Origin: an uncultured Candidatus Rokubacteria bacterium | GTDB lineage: Bacteria > Methylomirabilota > Methylomirabilia > Rokubacteriales > CSP1-6 | NCBI GenBank assembly: GCA_963754315.1 | Contig: CAVWFS010000001.1 | Span: forward strand, 224,001 to 288,000 | Reading direction: 5' to 3' | DNA: 64,000 nt | Shown here: positions 40,114 through 51,914 of the stretch, piece after piece | Position numbering within the stretch: the stretch's first letter is position 1 | Layout: each line of letters begins with the position of its first letter | The notes under the pieces: generated by a model | What the model saw: only the letters and a program-made list of their open reading frames with translations | Database searches by the model: none | Told to the model about the DNA's origin: nothing | Made by a program: the position numbers and the translations under genes

Positions 40114-41304
40114 ATGCACTACGATCGAATTTCCGCCGACTGCCATCTGGATCTCTGCTGGCTGCCACCTGATCTCTTCACCAGTCGCACCTCGGCGGCC
40201 ATGCGGGACCGCATGCCCTATGTCACCGAGGGGCCCAAGGGCCCCATGTGGGTCACCAAGAAGGGCGGCAACTTCGGGCTCGCCAATGGCATGGGCTCGG
40301 CCGGCCGCGAGTACGTGCCGGGGCAGATCCACCGCTCGGATCGGATGGCCTCCACCGGGCTCTACGAGGACGGCAAGCGCGGGATCCGGCGCCTGAGCGA
40401 CCCGGAGCTTCGACTCAAGGATCAGGATCGTGACGGCGTGCAGGCCGAGGTTCTCTATGGAATCCTCGGCTCCAGCACGCGCATGAACGATCCGGAAGCG
40501 GCCGTGGAGCTGATTCGCATCTACAACGACTTTCTGGCCGACTTCTGCGAGACCCACCCCGACCGCTTCGCCGGCCTCGCCTGCATCCCGAGCGTGCCCA
40601 TCGAGGCCGCCGTCAACGAGGTCCAGCGCGTGGTCAAGCGGGGCGGCGTGCGTGGGCTCGATGTCGCCAACACCCTGGACATGCCCCCGCTCTACGAGCC
40701 GTACTGGGAACCCTTGTGGGACGCGGTCGACGAGTCGGGCTTGCCACTGCACTTTCATACGGTGGGCGGCCGCATGCCCGACGGCATCCGCAAGACCCTG
40801 TGGGGGAGCGCGTGGGGCGAGAAGGTGGACGCGCCCATGCCGCACCGGGTGGCGCGGGCTGGGTTCGCCGTTCACATCAGCGGCTTCCAGATCTATATGT
40901 CGACCATCCTCATGTCCCTCGTCTACGGAGGCGTGCTGGAGCGCCACCCGAGCATGCGCGTGGTGATCGGAGAAGGGGGGATCGGCTGGATTCCCTACAT
41001 CCTGGACCACATGGACCTCGAGTGGGAAGACCAGTTCAAGGACCTCGGCCTCAGCATGAAGCCCAGTGACTACTGGCGGCGTCAGTGCCGGGCGACATAT
41101 CAATCGGACCGCATCGGCATCAAGCTGATCGACGAGCTCGGCGAGGACAACGTGATGTGGGGCTCGGATTTTCCGCATCCCGACGGGGTGTGGCCCGACT
41201 CTACCGAGGTGCTTGCCCGCGAGCTCGGGCACCTGCCGTCGTCTGTTCGCCGCAAGATCTGCTGCGAGAACGCCGGCAAGCTCTACGGGTTCATCGGTCG
41301 GTAG
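40114..41304 (+). CDS. Amidohydrolase_2 family protein
   Basis: ISADCH, RLKDQDRDGVQAEVLY, LHFH, EGGIGWIP, MWGSDFPHPD. Confidence 0.9.
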   Translation: MHYDRISADCHLDLCWLPPDLFTSRTSAAMRDRMPYVTEGPKGPMWVTKKGGNFGLANGMGSAGREYVPGQIHRSDRMASTGLYEDGKRGIRRLSDPELRLKDQDRDGVQAEVLYGILGSSTRMNDPEAAVELIRIYNDFLADFCETHPDRFAGLACIPSVPIEAAVNEVQRVVKRGGVRGLDVANTLDMPPLYEPYWEPLWDAVDESGLPLHFHTVGGRMPDGIRKTLWGSAWGEKVDAPMPHRVARAGFAVHISGFQIYMSTILMSLVYGGVLERHPSMRVVIGEGGIGWIPYILDHMDLEWEDQFKDLGLSMKPSDYWRRQCRATYQSDRIGIKLIDELGEDNVMWGSDFPHPDGVWPDSTEVLARELGHLPSSVRRKICCENAGKLYGFIGR

Positions 41305-41423
41305 GCGAGCTTCACGGATTCGTCACTCGGTGATCTTCGCGGCGGGCATCGGCAATCCCTTACAGGAGGCCGCGCGCGCCGTCCTGGAGTAGCGGCCGCA
41401 CCGTGAGTCAGGAGGCTCTCCGT

Positions 41424-42703
41424 ATGTCGAGGCGTCACAGTACCCGACGTGTGTTCCTGCGTACCGCTGTGACCGGGGCCGCCGTGGCCAGCGTTCCGCG
41501 GCCGCTCCTGGCCCAGGCCAAGACGTTCAAGATCGGGGTCATCCACCCGGTCACGGGCCCGCTGGCCGAACCTGGTCAGGCCTGCCGGCTCGGCGCGCAG
41601 ATGGCAGCCGATACGATCAATGCGGCGGGCGGCATCAAGTCCATGGGAGGGATGAAGCTCGAGCTACTCCTTGGCGACACCCAGACGAAGCCGGATGTCG
41701 GACGCACCGAGGCCGAGCGGGTCGTCAACCAGGGCGCCCAGATGCTGATGGGCTCGTTCGACTCGGGCAGCACGGCGGCCATCGTGCCGGTGGCCCAGCA
41801 GCGGCGCATCCCTTTGCTGGTCGACATCGCGGCCGCCGACCCCATCACCGCCAACGTGGCCAAGGCCGTGAAGGACGGGCAGCAGAAGGTCCAGTACGTG
41901 TACCGCAACTTCCCCACGGGCTCGACGTTCGGCCGCAAGGCCGTCCAGTACTTCTCGGAAATCTTCCAGGAAGCGGGGGTGTCGCCCAAGCGCGTGGTGC
42001 TGATGTACTGCAACGACCTCTTCGGCCAGAACTCGGCCAAGGGCTTTCAGGCCGCCCACGCGGCGGCCAAGCCATCGTGGGAGATCGTGGATGTCATCCC
42101 GTGGCCGGAGCCCCCCCAGGATCTCTCGACGGAGGTCTCGCGCGCCAAGGCAGCCAAGCCCGACGTGATCGCGCCGATCACGCGTCCTGCCTCTGCGCAG
42201 ATCCTCCTGCCCGAGCTGCGCAAGCAGCGGGTCGAGATGATGGGGGTGGTGAGTCCGGGCGGTCCGGGTCTCTACGAGGCTGGCCAGCTGGCCGTGCTCA
42301 AGCAAGACCTCGAATATGTTCTGGCCAGCGTGCCGTGGCCGAACTTCAAGAATCCCCGCACCATCGCGGTGGCCGAGGAGTATCGCAAGCGGGCCGAGAA
42401 GGAGACCGGCAAGCCCAAGACCTTCGACACCAACTCCGGCTACTCCTATGACGGCATGTTCGTGATCGCCAACGTGCTGGAGCGCGCCAAGTCGACGGAC
42501 GCCGATGCCATCGTGGAGGCTCTCAAGAAGACGAACTACACGGAGGGCCTCATGCAGTACGGCGGTCCCATCGTCTTCAACGAGATCGGGGACAACCCGA
42601 ACGCCATCCCACCATGATAGAGATCCTGGGCCAGAAACCGGTGGCGGTGTGGCCCAAGGACGCGGCCGTGCAGAAGTTCGTCTTCCCGCGCCCTAAAGCG
42701 TAG
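41424..42703 (+). CDS. LivJ-type substrate-binding protein (Tat), frameshift near 42610
   Basis: STRRVFLR signal, IGVIHPVTGPLA; C-terminus ...VAVWPKDAAVQKFVFPRPKA* in another frame. Confidence 0.85.
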
Positions 42704-42707
42704 CGCC

Positions 42708-42735
42708 GGGCCGCCGGCGGCGAACCCGGCGGCCC
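42708..42735 (+). terminator. GC hairpin after the binding-protein gene (mRNA stabiliser or attenuator)
   Basis: GGGCCGCCGG-8 nt-CCGGCGGCCC; no U-tract. Confidence 0.45.
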
Positions 42736-42744
42736 CCCGCGCCC

Positions 42745-43614
42745 ATGGACCCCACCCTCGTCGCGCAAGGACTGCTGAGCGGGCTCCTCTTCGGCGGCGT
42801 CTACAGCCTGATGGCCGTCGGTCTCACCTTGATCTTCGGGGTCATGCGCGTCGTCAACTTCGCCCACGGCGACATGATGGTGTGGGGAATGTACCTGGCC
42901 TGGCTACTGGCCACCCGATTCGGCATCGATCCCTACCTCGCCTTCCTGGTCTGCGCAGCCGCCCTGTTCGGCCTGGGTCTGGCCGTGCAGCGCGGGCTGG
43001 TCAACCGCATCATCGACGCCCCCCATGAGATGCAAATCCTCTTGATGCTCGGCGTCGCCCTCGTCCTGGAGAATACGGCCCTGATGGCCTTCGGGCCCGA
43101 GCCGCAGCGCATCCGTCGCCGCTCAGCGCGGCCGCGCTGTGGCTGGGGCCGCTCTTCGTCGACGTGGCGCGCCTGGTCACCTTCGTGGTGGCCATCGGCC
43201 TCACCGTGCTCCTGTGGTTGTTCCTGTTCCGCACGGAAGGGGGGCGAACCATCCGGGCCGCCGCCGACAACACCTATGGCGCTCTCGTCATCGGCGCCGA
43301 CGTGCGGCGCGTCTACGCCCTTGCCTTCGCCATCGGAGCCGCCTGCGTGGGGCGGCGGGGGCGCTGGTCGCTCCCATCCTGCCATTTCAGCCCACCACGG
43401 GTCTCCAGCTGTCCGTCACCTCGTTCAACATCGTCATCATCGGTGGCATGGGTAGCCTGCTGGGCGCCTTCATCGGGGGACTGCTGGTGTCAGTGGCGGA
43501 GTCGCTGGCGCGGTGTTCCTCGCGCCATCGATGAAGGAGCTGGTGAGCTTCACCTTGCTGATCATCGTGCTGCTCTTCCGCCCGGCCGGGCTCTTCGGGC
43601 AGAGGTCGCGATGA
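42745..43614 (+). CDS. LivH-like permease, several frameshifts
   Basis: GLTLIFGVMRVVNFAHG, IRAAADN, IIGGMGS, FRPAGLFG in different frames. Confidence 0.8.
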
Positions 43615-44560
43615 GGATAGCGGGCGCCCTCGTCCTGCTGGTGCTCTTGGTGTTGCCAGCGGTGCTCAGCTCCTATCTGCTGACGTTGTTCATCTTCATC
43701 TTTTTTTACGCGTTCCTGGGCCAGGCCTGGAACATCGTGGGGGGCTACGCCGGGCAGCTCTCGGCCGGCCACGCCGCGTTCGTCGGCATCGGTGCCTACG
43801 CGTCCGCCGTGCTCGCGCAAGGCGCGGGGCTGACCCCGTGGGTGGGCATGTTCGTGGGAGGCGCCCTGGCCGCCGTGCTGGGCGCCGTCATCGGCTATCT
43901 CGGCTTCCGCTTCGGGTTGCGAGGCTTCTACTTCGTCCTGCTGACGGTGGCCTTTGCCGAGGTGTGTCGCATCGTCGCCAACAATCTGGAGGCCGTAGGG
44001 GCGGCCGTCGGCTATTACATCACTTTCACCGGCGATCCCTGGCAGTTCCAGTTCCGTGACAACCGGGCTCACTACTACATCACCCTGGCCCTCATGCTGC
44101 TCGCCACCGCCGTGGCCTGGCTCCTCGAGCGCCAGCGCTTCGGGGTCTATCTGCGGGCCATCCGGGAGGACGAGGAGGCCTCAGAGGCGCTGGGCGTGAA
44201 CACCTTTCGGTACAAGCTGCTGGCCATGATCATCTCGTCCTTCCTGACCGGCATGGGCGGAACGTTCTACGCCTTCTACCTGCTGTCGCTGCAACCGAAC
44301 TCGCTGTTCGGCATTCCTCTCTCGGTCGAGATCATCTCCGGCCGATCGTGGGAGGTGCCGGGACGTTGCTCGGCCCCATCCTCGGCTCCTTCATCCTGAG
44401 CCCGCTCGCGGAGGTCTCTCGACACTACCTGGCCCAGGGCGGCTGGACCGGCGCGCACCTGGTGGCCTATGGAGTCCTGCTCGTCCTCGTCGTGCTGTTC
44501 ATGCCCCAGGGCGCGTACCCGTATCTCCGCCGACTCCTCGGGCAGGCTCCCCGGAGCTGA
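43611..44560 (+). CDS. LivM-like permease, frameshift near 44340
   Basis: AWNIVGGYAGQLSAGH, RAIREDEEA, GGAGTLLGP. Confidence 0.82.
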
Positions 44561-44563
44561 GGG

Positions 44564-45312
44564 GTGGCCATTCTCGAGGTCCGGAATCTGGGCAAGCGCT
44601 TCGGGGGTCTCCACGCGGTTCAAGACCTGTCCTTCAGCCTGGCCGAGGGTGAGATGGTGGCTCTGATCGGTCCCAACGGGGCAGGCAAGACCACGGTGTT
44701 CGGTATCCTGTCCGGATTTCTCCTTCCCGAGCCGGAGAGATCCACTTCCGCGGCGACTCGATCGTGGGCCTCAAGCCGCACACGATCTGCGCGCTCGGTC
44801 TGGCTCGTACGTTCCAGATCGTGCGGCCGTTTCCCCATCTGAGCGTGCTCGAAAACGTGGAGGTGGGAGCGCTCGCCCGCGAGCCGCGCCGCTCTCAGGC
44901 CCGGGCCCGCGCGCAGGCGGTGCTCGAGGAGGTGGGGCTGTCGACCAAGCGCGATCAGGCGGCGGGGAGCCTGACCTTGGCCGAGCGCAAGCGGCTCGAG
45001 CTGGCGCGGGCCCTGGCCACGGAGCCGACTCTGCTTCTTCTCGACGAGGTCATGGCCGGCCTCAACGCCACCGAGACGGAACGGATCGTGGAGCTGGTGC
45101 GGGCCATCAACAACCGGGGCGTCACCATCCTGCTCATCGAGCACGTGATGCGAGCGGTGATGAGCCTGTCCCATCGGGTCATCGTCATCAACTACGGCGA
45201 GCTGATCGCGGAGGGCCAACCCCAAGAGGTGGCCCGCGACCCACGGGTGATCGAGGCCTATCTGGGCGATGCGGCCTCGGCGGAGGAAAGACTGCTTCGC
45301 TTGATGGGCTGA
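44564..45312 (+). CDS. LivG-like ATPase, frameshifted near 44740
   Basis: KRFGGL, GPNGAGKTT; ARTFQIVRPF, LDEVMAGLN. Confidence 0.82.
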
Positions 45313-45990
45313 GGTTGCCTACGGTGACATGGTGGCCGTGCGGAGGTCTCGCTGGAGATCGCGCGCGGCGAGCTGGTGGCGCTGGTGGGCTCCAACGGGG
45401 CGGGCAAGACGACCACCTTGCGCGCGCTCACCGGTCTGCTGCGGCCGCGACGGGGACGGTGGAGCTGGAGGGGGAGCGCATCGATGGGCTTCCCTCGTGG
45501 AGGTCGTGGAACGCGGCATCGCCCTCGTTCCCGAGGGCCGTCAGCTCTTCCCACCATGACCGTGCTGGAGAATCTCGATCTCGGGGCGCGCACCCCGGAA
45601 AGCCAGCGCGCCGCGCCAAGACCCGGGAGCGGGTCTTCGGGCTCTTTCCGCGGCTGGCCGAGCGCCGCGGGCCAGCTGGCGGGGACCCTGTCCGGGGGCG
45701 AGCAGCAGATGTGCGCCATCGGACGCGCCCTCATGTCGCTTCCACGCCTGCTGCTGCTCGACGAGCCGAGCCTGGGGCTGGCCCCGGTGATGGTGACGGT
45801 GATCTTCGACAACCTCATGCGCATCAACGCGGAGGGGACGACCATCCTGCTCGTGGAGCAGAACGTGCGCAAGGCGCTGGAGCTCTGTCACCGGGCCTAC
45901 GTGCTCGAGAACGGGCGCATCGTGCTGAGCGGCCGCCGCGCCGAGCTGCTCGAGAGCGACCAGGTCCGCCAGGCCTATCTCGGCCTGTAG
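45290..45990 (+). CDS. LivF-like ATPase, multiple frameshifts, start approximate
   Basis: GSNGAGKTT, VPEGRQLF, LSGGEQQM, LDEPSLGLAP. Confidence 0.78.
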
Positions 45991-46037
45991 CCGGCCCTTG
46001 GCAGACCGGCTCGCGAGCGAAGGGGAGGTCATGCCGG

Positions 46038-46827
46038 TCAGCGGCCCTCGAGGCTCGGCAGACGACGCTGGGCCCACGCCTTGACGCCTTCCTTGAAGTC
46101 AGCTGTCTTCCGCGTCCAATCCTGCTCAGTCAGTTCGCACTCGGTCGCTCGCTCGCCTCGTCGGCAAAGCCCCGCGCATCGTCTCACGGGTGGCCTGCAC
46201 AGCCAGGGGCGGGGACTGGGCGATCTCCGTCGCCAGCTCGGTGGCGGCGGTCCGCACTTGATCGAGCGGCACGAGCAGGTCGGCGAGGCCCATGGCCACC
46301 GCCTCGTCCCCGGGTACGCGGCGCCGTGTAGAAGAGCAGGTTCGCCTTCTGCTGCCCGACCAGGCGCGGCAAGGTGAAGGTGAGGCTGAAGCCTGGGTGG
46401 AACCCGAGCCGGTTGAAGTTGGCGCTGAAGCGGGCCTCCGAGCAGGTGACGCGGAAATCCGCGGCGAGGGCTAGGCCAGGCCCCCTCCGATGGCCGCCCC
46501 CTGGACGGCGGCCACGATGGGCTTACGCGTGCGGAAGATGCGCGTGGCTTCTTTGTAGAGGTGCTTGGCGGGGCCGCTGCCTTCGCCGTCGGCGGATCCG
46601 GTGCTGGGCCGGTTGGCGAAATCGGCGCCGGCGCAGAACGACTTGCCCTGCGCGCACAGCACCACCGCGCGGCAGCGCGGATCGCGGTCGAACGCCTCGA
46701 GGGCGTCGGCGATCTGGTTGATAAGGGCGTTGTCGAAGTAGTTGTGCGGGGGACGCTGGATCTCGATCTGGCCGACGTGACCCGCCATGCTGACGCCGAT
46801 GTCCTTGAAGGTCGCGGTTGCGCTCAT
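46038..46827 (-). CDS. Enoyl-CoA hydratase/isomerase family protein, multiple frameshifts
   Basis: FCAGADF, VQGAAIGGG, FSANFNRLGFHPGF, LPRLVG, DFKEGVKA. Confidence 0.82.
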
Positions 46828-46969
46828 GTAACCCTCCCTGCGAGTCGCCGCCCGGGCGGCACCCGAGAAGGATATACCGCTTTGGCCGGGCGCGGGTGTG
46901 TCTGAGAGTCTTCGTTTCGTGACATTGACTTTCGGTAGCGGCCGGCTCTAGCGTGGCAAACGGGACGAC

Positions 46970-47548
46970 ATGGCAGCCGTTATGTACCGGACACGACGTT
47001 GGAGTCGGAGCGAGTACGAGCGGCTCATCGAGCAGGACGTTTTCGGACCGGAAGAGCGCCTCGAGCTGATCGGCGGCGAGCTGATCGTCCGCGAGCCGCA
47101 GGGTGAATCCCACGCGCTCTGCATCGAGCTGGTCGACGCCGCGCTTCGAGAAGCCTTCGGGCCCGGCTGGCGAATCCGCGGCCAGCTGCCCGTCAACCTC
47201 GACGATGAGTCCCGGCCCGAGCCGGACATCTCGGTGGTGCAGGGGATGGCGCGGCAGGCGCTGCTCCAGGTCCCATCGCGCCCTGTGCTGATCGTCGAGG
47301 TCGCGCAATCTAGCTTGCCCTTCGACAAGACCACCAAGGCGAGTCTCTACGCCCGAGCGGGGATCCAGGAACTCTGGATCGTCAACCTGCCGAATCGTGT
47401 GCTGACCGTCTACCGGGAGCCGGGCGCCGACTCGGCGGCGCCGTTCGGCTGGCACTACCAGGCCGTGCAGAGCCTCGCCGCCAGCGAGCACGTCTCGCCT
47501 CTGGCCGCCCCCCACGCCCTGATTGCAGTCGCCGACCTCCTACCCTGA
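46970..47548 (+). CDS. Uma2 family putative endonuclease
   Basis: RLELIGGEL, PEPDISV, IVEVAQSSL, KASLYARAGIQELWIVNL. Confidence 0.9.
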   Translation: MAAVMYRTRRWSRSEYERLIEQDVFGPEERLELIGGELIVREPQGESHALCIELVDAALREAFGPGWRIRGQLPVNLDDESRPEPDISVVQGMARQALLQVPSRPVLIVEVAQSSLPFDKTTKASLYARAGIQELWIVNLPNRVLTVYREPGADSAAPFGWHYQAVQSLAASEHVSPLAAPHALIAVADLLP

Positions 47549-47673
47549 GGCGGAGGCCTGGGCTCGGATCACGCTCGCCGGCACGGCGGTCCCAGCGCCT
47601 CCCGACACATCTGAAGGCAGTGAAGCGTAAGATCGACGTCATGGGTCCGGACGGCCCACGGCGGGAGACTCCA

Positions 47674-49197
47674 ATGACGTCATCAGCGCTTGAAGCCCGC
47701 GACGCGATCGCCCGACTCACTGCACCGCCCATGCCGGTCGAGCACGTCGACGTGCTAATCGTCGGAGCCGGCATCTCCGGCATCGGCGCCGCTTACCATC
47801 TGACGCAGCAGTGCCCGGGCACGCGCTTCGTCGTGCTCGAGGCGCAGGCCGCCTTCGGCGGGACGTGGATCACGCACCGTTTCCCCGGGATCCGTTCCGA
47901 CAGTGACCTCTACACCTTCGGCTACCGCTTCAAGCCCTGGACCGGCGCCCCCATCGCCACCGCCGCCGAGATCCTGAAGTACATGGGCGAGGTCATCGAC
48001 GAGAACGGCCTCCACCGCCACATCCGCTACGGACATCGCGTCGATCGTGCCAGCTGGTCCAGCGTCGAGTGTCGCTGGACCGTCGACGCCACGCGCACGG
48101 ATACGGGCGAGGCGCGGCGTTTCGCCGCTGGCTTCCTCTTCATGTGCCAGGGCTACTACCGCCACGCGGAGGGCTACACCCCGGAGTGGGAGGGCGTGGC
48201 CGACTTCGCGGGGCGCATCGTCCATCCGCAGACGTGGCCGGCCGACCTCGACTACCGAGGCCGCCGGGTCGTGGTCATCGGCTCCGGCGCCACCGCCGCC
48301 ACGGTCATCCCCGCCATGGCGGCCGACTGTGCTCACATCACCATGCTGCAGCGATCGCCCACATACTTCCGCATCGGTCGCAACGCCATCGACATCGCCG
48401 ACGAGCTGCGGCGGCTGCAGGTGGATCCGGCGTGGATCCACGAGATCGTGCGACGCAAGATCCTCTACGAGCAGGCCGTCTTCACCGGGCGTTGCGTCAC
48501 CGAGCCGGAGGCAGTGAAGGAGGAGTTGCTCGCCGCCGTGCGCACCCACGTCGGCCCCGGTTGCGACATCGAGCGCCACTTCACGCCGCGCTACCGCCCC
48601 TGGCAGCAGCGCCTGGCCTTCGTCCCTGACGGTGACATGTTCAAGGCCATCGCCGACGGCAAGGTCTCGGTGGTGACCGACGAGATCGAGCGCTTCACGG
48701 AAGCGGGCATCCTGCTGAAGTCGGGCACCCTGCTCGAGGCCGACATCATCCTCACCGCCACCGGCTTCAACCTGTGCGTTCTCGGTGACATCGCCTTCAC
48801 CATCGACGGCGCGCCGCTTGTCTTCTCCGACACAATCACCTATCGCGGGATGATGTTCACCGGCGTGCCCAACCTGGCCTGGGTCTTCGGCTACTTTCGC
48901 GCGAGCTGGACGCTGCGCGCGGACCTCGTTGCCGACTTCGTGTGCCGCCTCCTCAACCACATGAAGGCCCGGGGTGCGCGGCGCGTGGTTCCCGCGCTGC
49001 GCTCACAGGATCACGACATGCCCCGCCTGCCGTGGATCGATCCGGACAATTTCAATCCCGGATACATGGTGCGAGGTATGCACCTTCTGCCACGGCGCGG
49101 CGACAAGCCGGAATGGGCGCATACCCAGGACTACTGGGCCGAGAAGGACGCGTTTCCGGCGATCGACCTCGACGACGCTGCCTTCGTGTACGCCTGA
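47674..49197 (+). CDS. Flavin-containing (EthA-like Baeyer-Villiger) monooxygenase
   Basis: GAGISG, FPGIRSDSD, FAGRIVHPQTWP, GSGATA, LQRSPTY, ASWTLRADL. Confidence 0.9.
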   Translation: MTSSALEARDAIARLTAPPMPVEHVDVLIVGAGISGIGAAYHLTQQCPGTRFVVLEAQAAFGGTWITHRFPGIRSDSDLYTFGYRFKPWTGAPIATAAEILKYMGEVIDENGLHRHIRYGHRVDRASWSSVECRWTVDATRTDTGEARRFAAGFLFMCQGYYRHAEGYTPEWEGVADFAGRIVHPQTWPADLDYRGRRVVVIGSGATAATVIPAMAADCAHITMLQRSPTYFRIGRNAIDIADELRRLQVDPAWIHEIVRRKILYEQAVFTGRCVTEPEAVKEELLAAVRTHVGPGCDIERHFTPRYRPWQQRLAFVPDGDMFKAIADGKVSVVTDEIERFTEAGILLKSGTLLEADIILTATGFNLCVLGDIAFTIDGAPLVFSDTITYRGMMFTGVPNLAWVFGYFRASWTLRADLVADFVCRLLNHMKARGARRVVPALRSQDHDMPRLPWIDPDNFNPGYMVRGMHLLPRRGDKPEWAHTQDYWAEKDAFPAIDLDDAAFVYA

Positions 49198-49572
49198 TCG
49201 GTCTGAGGACAGCGATACCAACCCTTCCGCTGAGTGGCCGATGAGCCCACGTGGGCTGGGAGGGTGTCCGATTGTTGATGCGAGTTCTCGGAATGGCCCA
49301 GATCGCGCTGCTGCTGACGTCATGCACCGCGTCCGGATTGTCGCAGAAGGAAGCCCGACCAACACGCAGAGCGTGGGCGGGGCGCGCTCCGAGATCGTCC
49401 TGCAGGCAGCCGGGGGTGGCGGGAGCGGAATGTGAGCGCGGGTCGGCGCGATCGTGAACATGTTCGGTCACTCGCGCCCGCTCCAGAATGTCATGCTCAG
49501 CTCGTCGAAAACCTGCCGGGCGGCCGCGCGATGCTCGGCGGCCTTCGCCGTGTCGCCGGAACGGGGCCGTCT

Positions 49573-50686
49573 CTACGCCCCAGAGATATTCGAGGGGACA
49601 TCGACGATCGCGATTCCCTGCGGCATCATATCGCCCTGCGGCGTCGATTCCGGTTGCGCTCCCGGGATGACGTAGGCGAAAACGATCAAGCGGCCATTCG
49701 GGGACCACTTGGCGTGCTAAACCGGGAGATCGGGCGGTGTGACCATCTGCATGGTGCCCACCGAGGGTAGGTCGACCGTCAGCTCCAAAACCCAGATCCG
49801 ATAGAAGGCGTTGTACCCGTCGGCCGGCGTGAGCACGGATTCGAAAGCGAGGAACTGTCGTTCGGTGACCACCAGGGGGCTCGTCCAGAATGCCGTTGAC
49901 TTCCAACGCAACGCTCGTCTCGGGATCAGCGCCGTTCTAGATCCAGATCTCGTTCCAGTTCTGATCGTACGTTCGGGCGAGATTCGGCGTCTGGCCGGCG
50001 AAGGCGACGAGGCCGGCATCGGACGGAGACACACTCGACATGCCCGGCCACACCTGATCAGGGTCGGTCACCGCGGTGCAAGGGGCCGTGAACGGGTCGG
50101 GGGGGAGCGGCGGCACCGAGACCGCGAGCAACCTCTGGTGTTGCAGTGCCTTCTCAGAGTAATTCGTCATGACAATGGCACTGCCATCGCCCGTCCACGA
50201 TGGATAGCTCAGCGTGTCGATGACGATCGAGTCTGACGCCTGACAGTCGACGAGCAACGCCTGTCTCGTCGAGGCGTCCAGCAGGTAGAGGTCCGAGGTG
50301 CTGGCGAACGCGATCTCGAACGATGTCCGGCTCCAGGACCAATCGGGGCGCGTTGCCGGCAACGTGGGGTCGACGAAGAACGGTTCCGGTGCCCGGCAGT
50401 TGCGAGGATGGCGCGAGGCGGGGCGAATGGGAATCGAATAGAGCCAAGCCTGGTCTGGCTGCTTGATCGGGCTACGCATGAACAACACGATCTGGCCAGT
50501 GGGATCGAAGCACGGCCGCGCATCCACGAAGCGGTCGTCACACGTGAGGTACCGGATGGACACGCGTGATGGACTCGCACCGGCGGCCGCCGTGGTGCGT
50601 GGTACCGCGCCCGCGGGAAATAAGGAGGAGGACGCCGCCGCCGCGCTCGTGCCCGCCAGCTGCTTCAGAAAGCGTCTTCGATGCAT
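49573..50686 (-). pseudogene. Tat-exported TolB-like beta-propeller protein, interrupted
   Basis: MHRRRFLKQL signal; PD40-like motifs (RPCFDPTG, RPDWS, YPSWTGDG, PWWSPND, AKWSPNG); in-frame TAGs at 49937 and 49717 plus frameshifts. Confidence 0.7.
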
Positions 50687-50948
50687 GCTCCCCTCCGCTC
50701 CTAGGATCCGTCCTGCTCGTCGCCAGTGACGCCCTCATCGGCCAGCTCGGGGCTGGGCGGCCTTTGCCATCGGGCCCGGCGGACGATCTTACTTCAATCT
50801 AAGAAATGGGTTGATCCTACTGCGCCGATCACTGGAGAGCCGCCACTGGCTTGACGGACATACCCGGAGAGCAGTTAGGATACTCTCGGCGGCGCGAAGG
50901 CAACCGCCGGCGAGCTTATTAGCGTTCGACGGACGAGGAAGGTGACAG

Positions 50949-51883
50949 ATGAGTCGTACATTGCTGACACGGCGCACCGTGCTGCAAGGGGCAGCCTCGA
51001 TGACATTGGCCGTCCCGTTTGTGCACAGCGCCCATGCCGCGGGCAGACTCTCTCTCAACGTCCCCAATATCATGTTTGACAGCATGGGCGCTCAAGTTCA
51101 GGTGCAAAACCAAACCGATGATCGGTTGACCACCTGGACGAACGCGCTGACAAAGCACTATGCGGTGAATTACACTGACTGGCAGCAGGCAATTGCACCG
51201 CAACTGGAGGGTAACGGCGACACCTCCCGGCAGGATGTCTTCATCATTACCACCCACCAATACACCGCTGTCCCAAAGCACAGCACACCGCCGCCAATAA
51301 ATCCGAACCCGATCCCGGCGGACTACAACTTCGGTTATTCCAGCAGCGACCTTGGCGGAATCTTGCGTTGGGTCGAAGCGGGCGGCGGCCTCCTGCTGTT
51401 CGTCAATCACAGCGACTTCCAGACCAGGGACCCGGTCCGTATTGGCCAATCAACGACATCCAACTGGCAGCGGCGCTAGGCATCACCACCGTCTTCGCCG
51501 CCATCCCGCTCGGCGGCTTGACGATGAGACCAAGTCGGAAGGCGCCCAGGCCGGTCATCGAACATGTCAGGTCGGTCCAGGCTTTGGATTCGGGCGGGAT
51601 CGTCATCGACGGTGGCCCGAACATTGCCACCAGCACCGTGCTCGTTCCACTTCCCGCGGGTTGGAAGGACTCCAGTCCGCTGAAGTACCACAACGCCGAT
51701 CTCGCCTTTGCCGTACTGTACACGGTTGGCAAAGGGAACGTCATCGTCATCGGACATTCGGGCATCACTGGAAATGCGGGCACCGACTGGCCATCGGCCG
51801 GCCAGATCGAAGTTCCCGACAACCTGCGGTTCCTGATGAATTGCGTCGCCTATCTTGCCGACAGGGCCCGAAAAGCACGATAA
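50949..51883 (+). CDS. Tat-exported GATase1-like/DUF4350-like protein, frameshift near 51430
   Basis: LTRRTVLQGA...AHA signal; WVEAGGGLLLFVNH; GKGNVIVIGHSG; DNLRFLMNCVAYL. Confidence 0.65.
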
Positions 51884-51914
51884 GAAACGCGGGACGACTC
51901 CAGCGAGGCATCCT

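Noticed and set aside
49278..49435. Small lipoprotein (MRVLGMAQIALLLTSC...)
   Set aside because: A lipobox-like motif is present but there is no clear SD and the frame is ambiguous; support is too weak to list.
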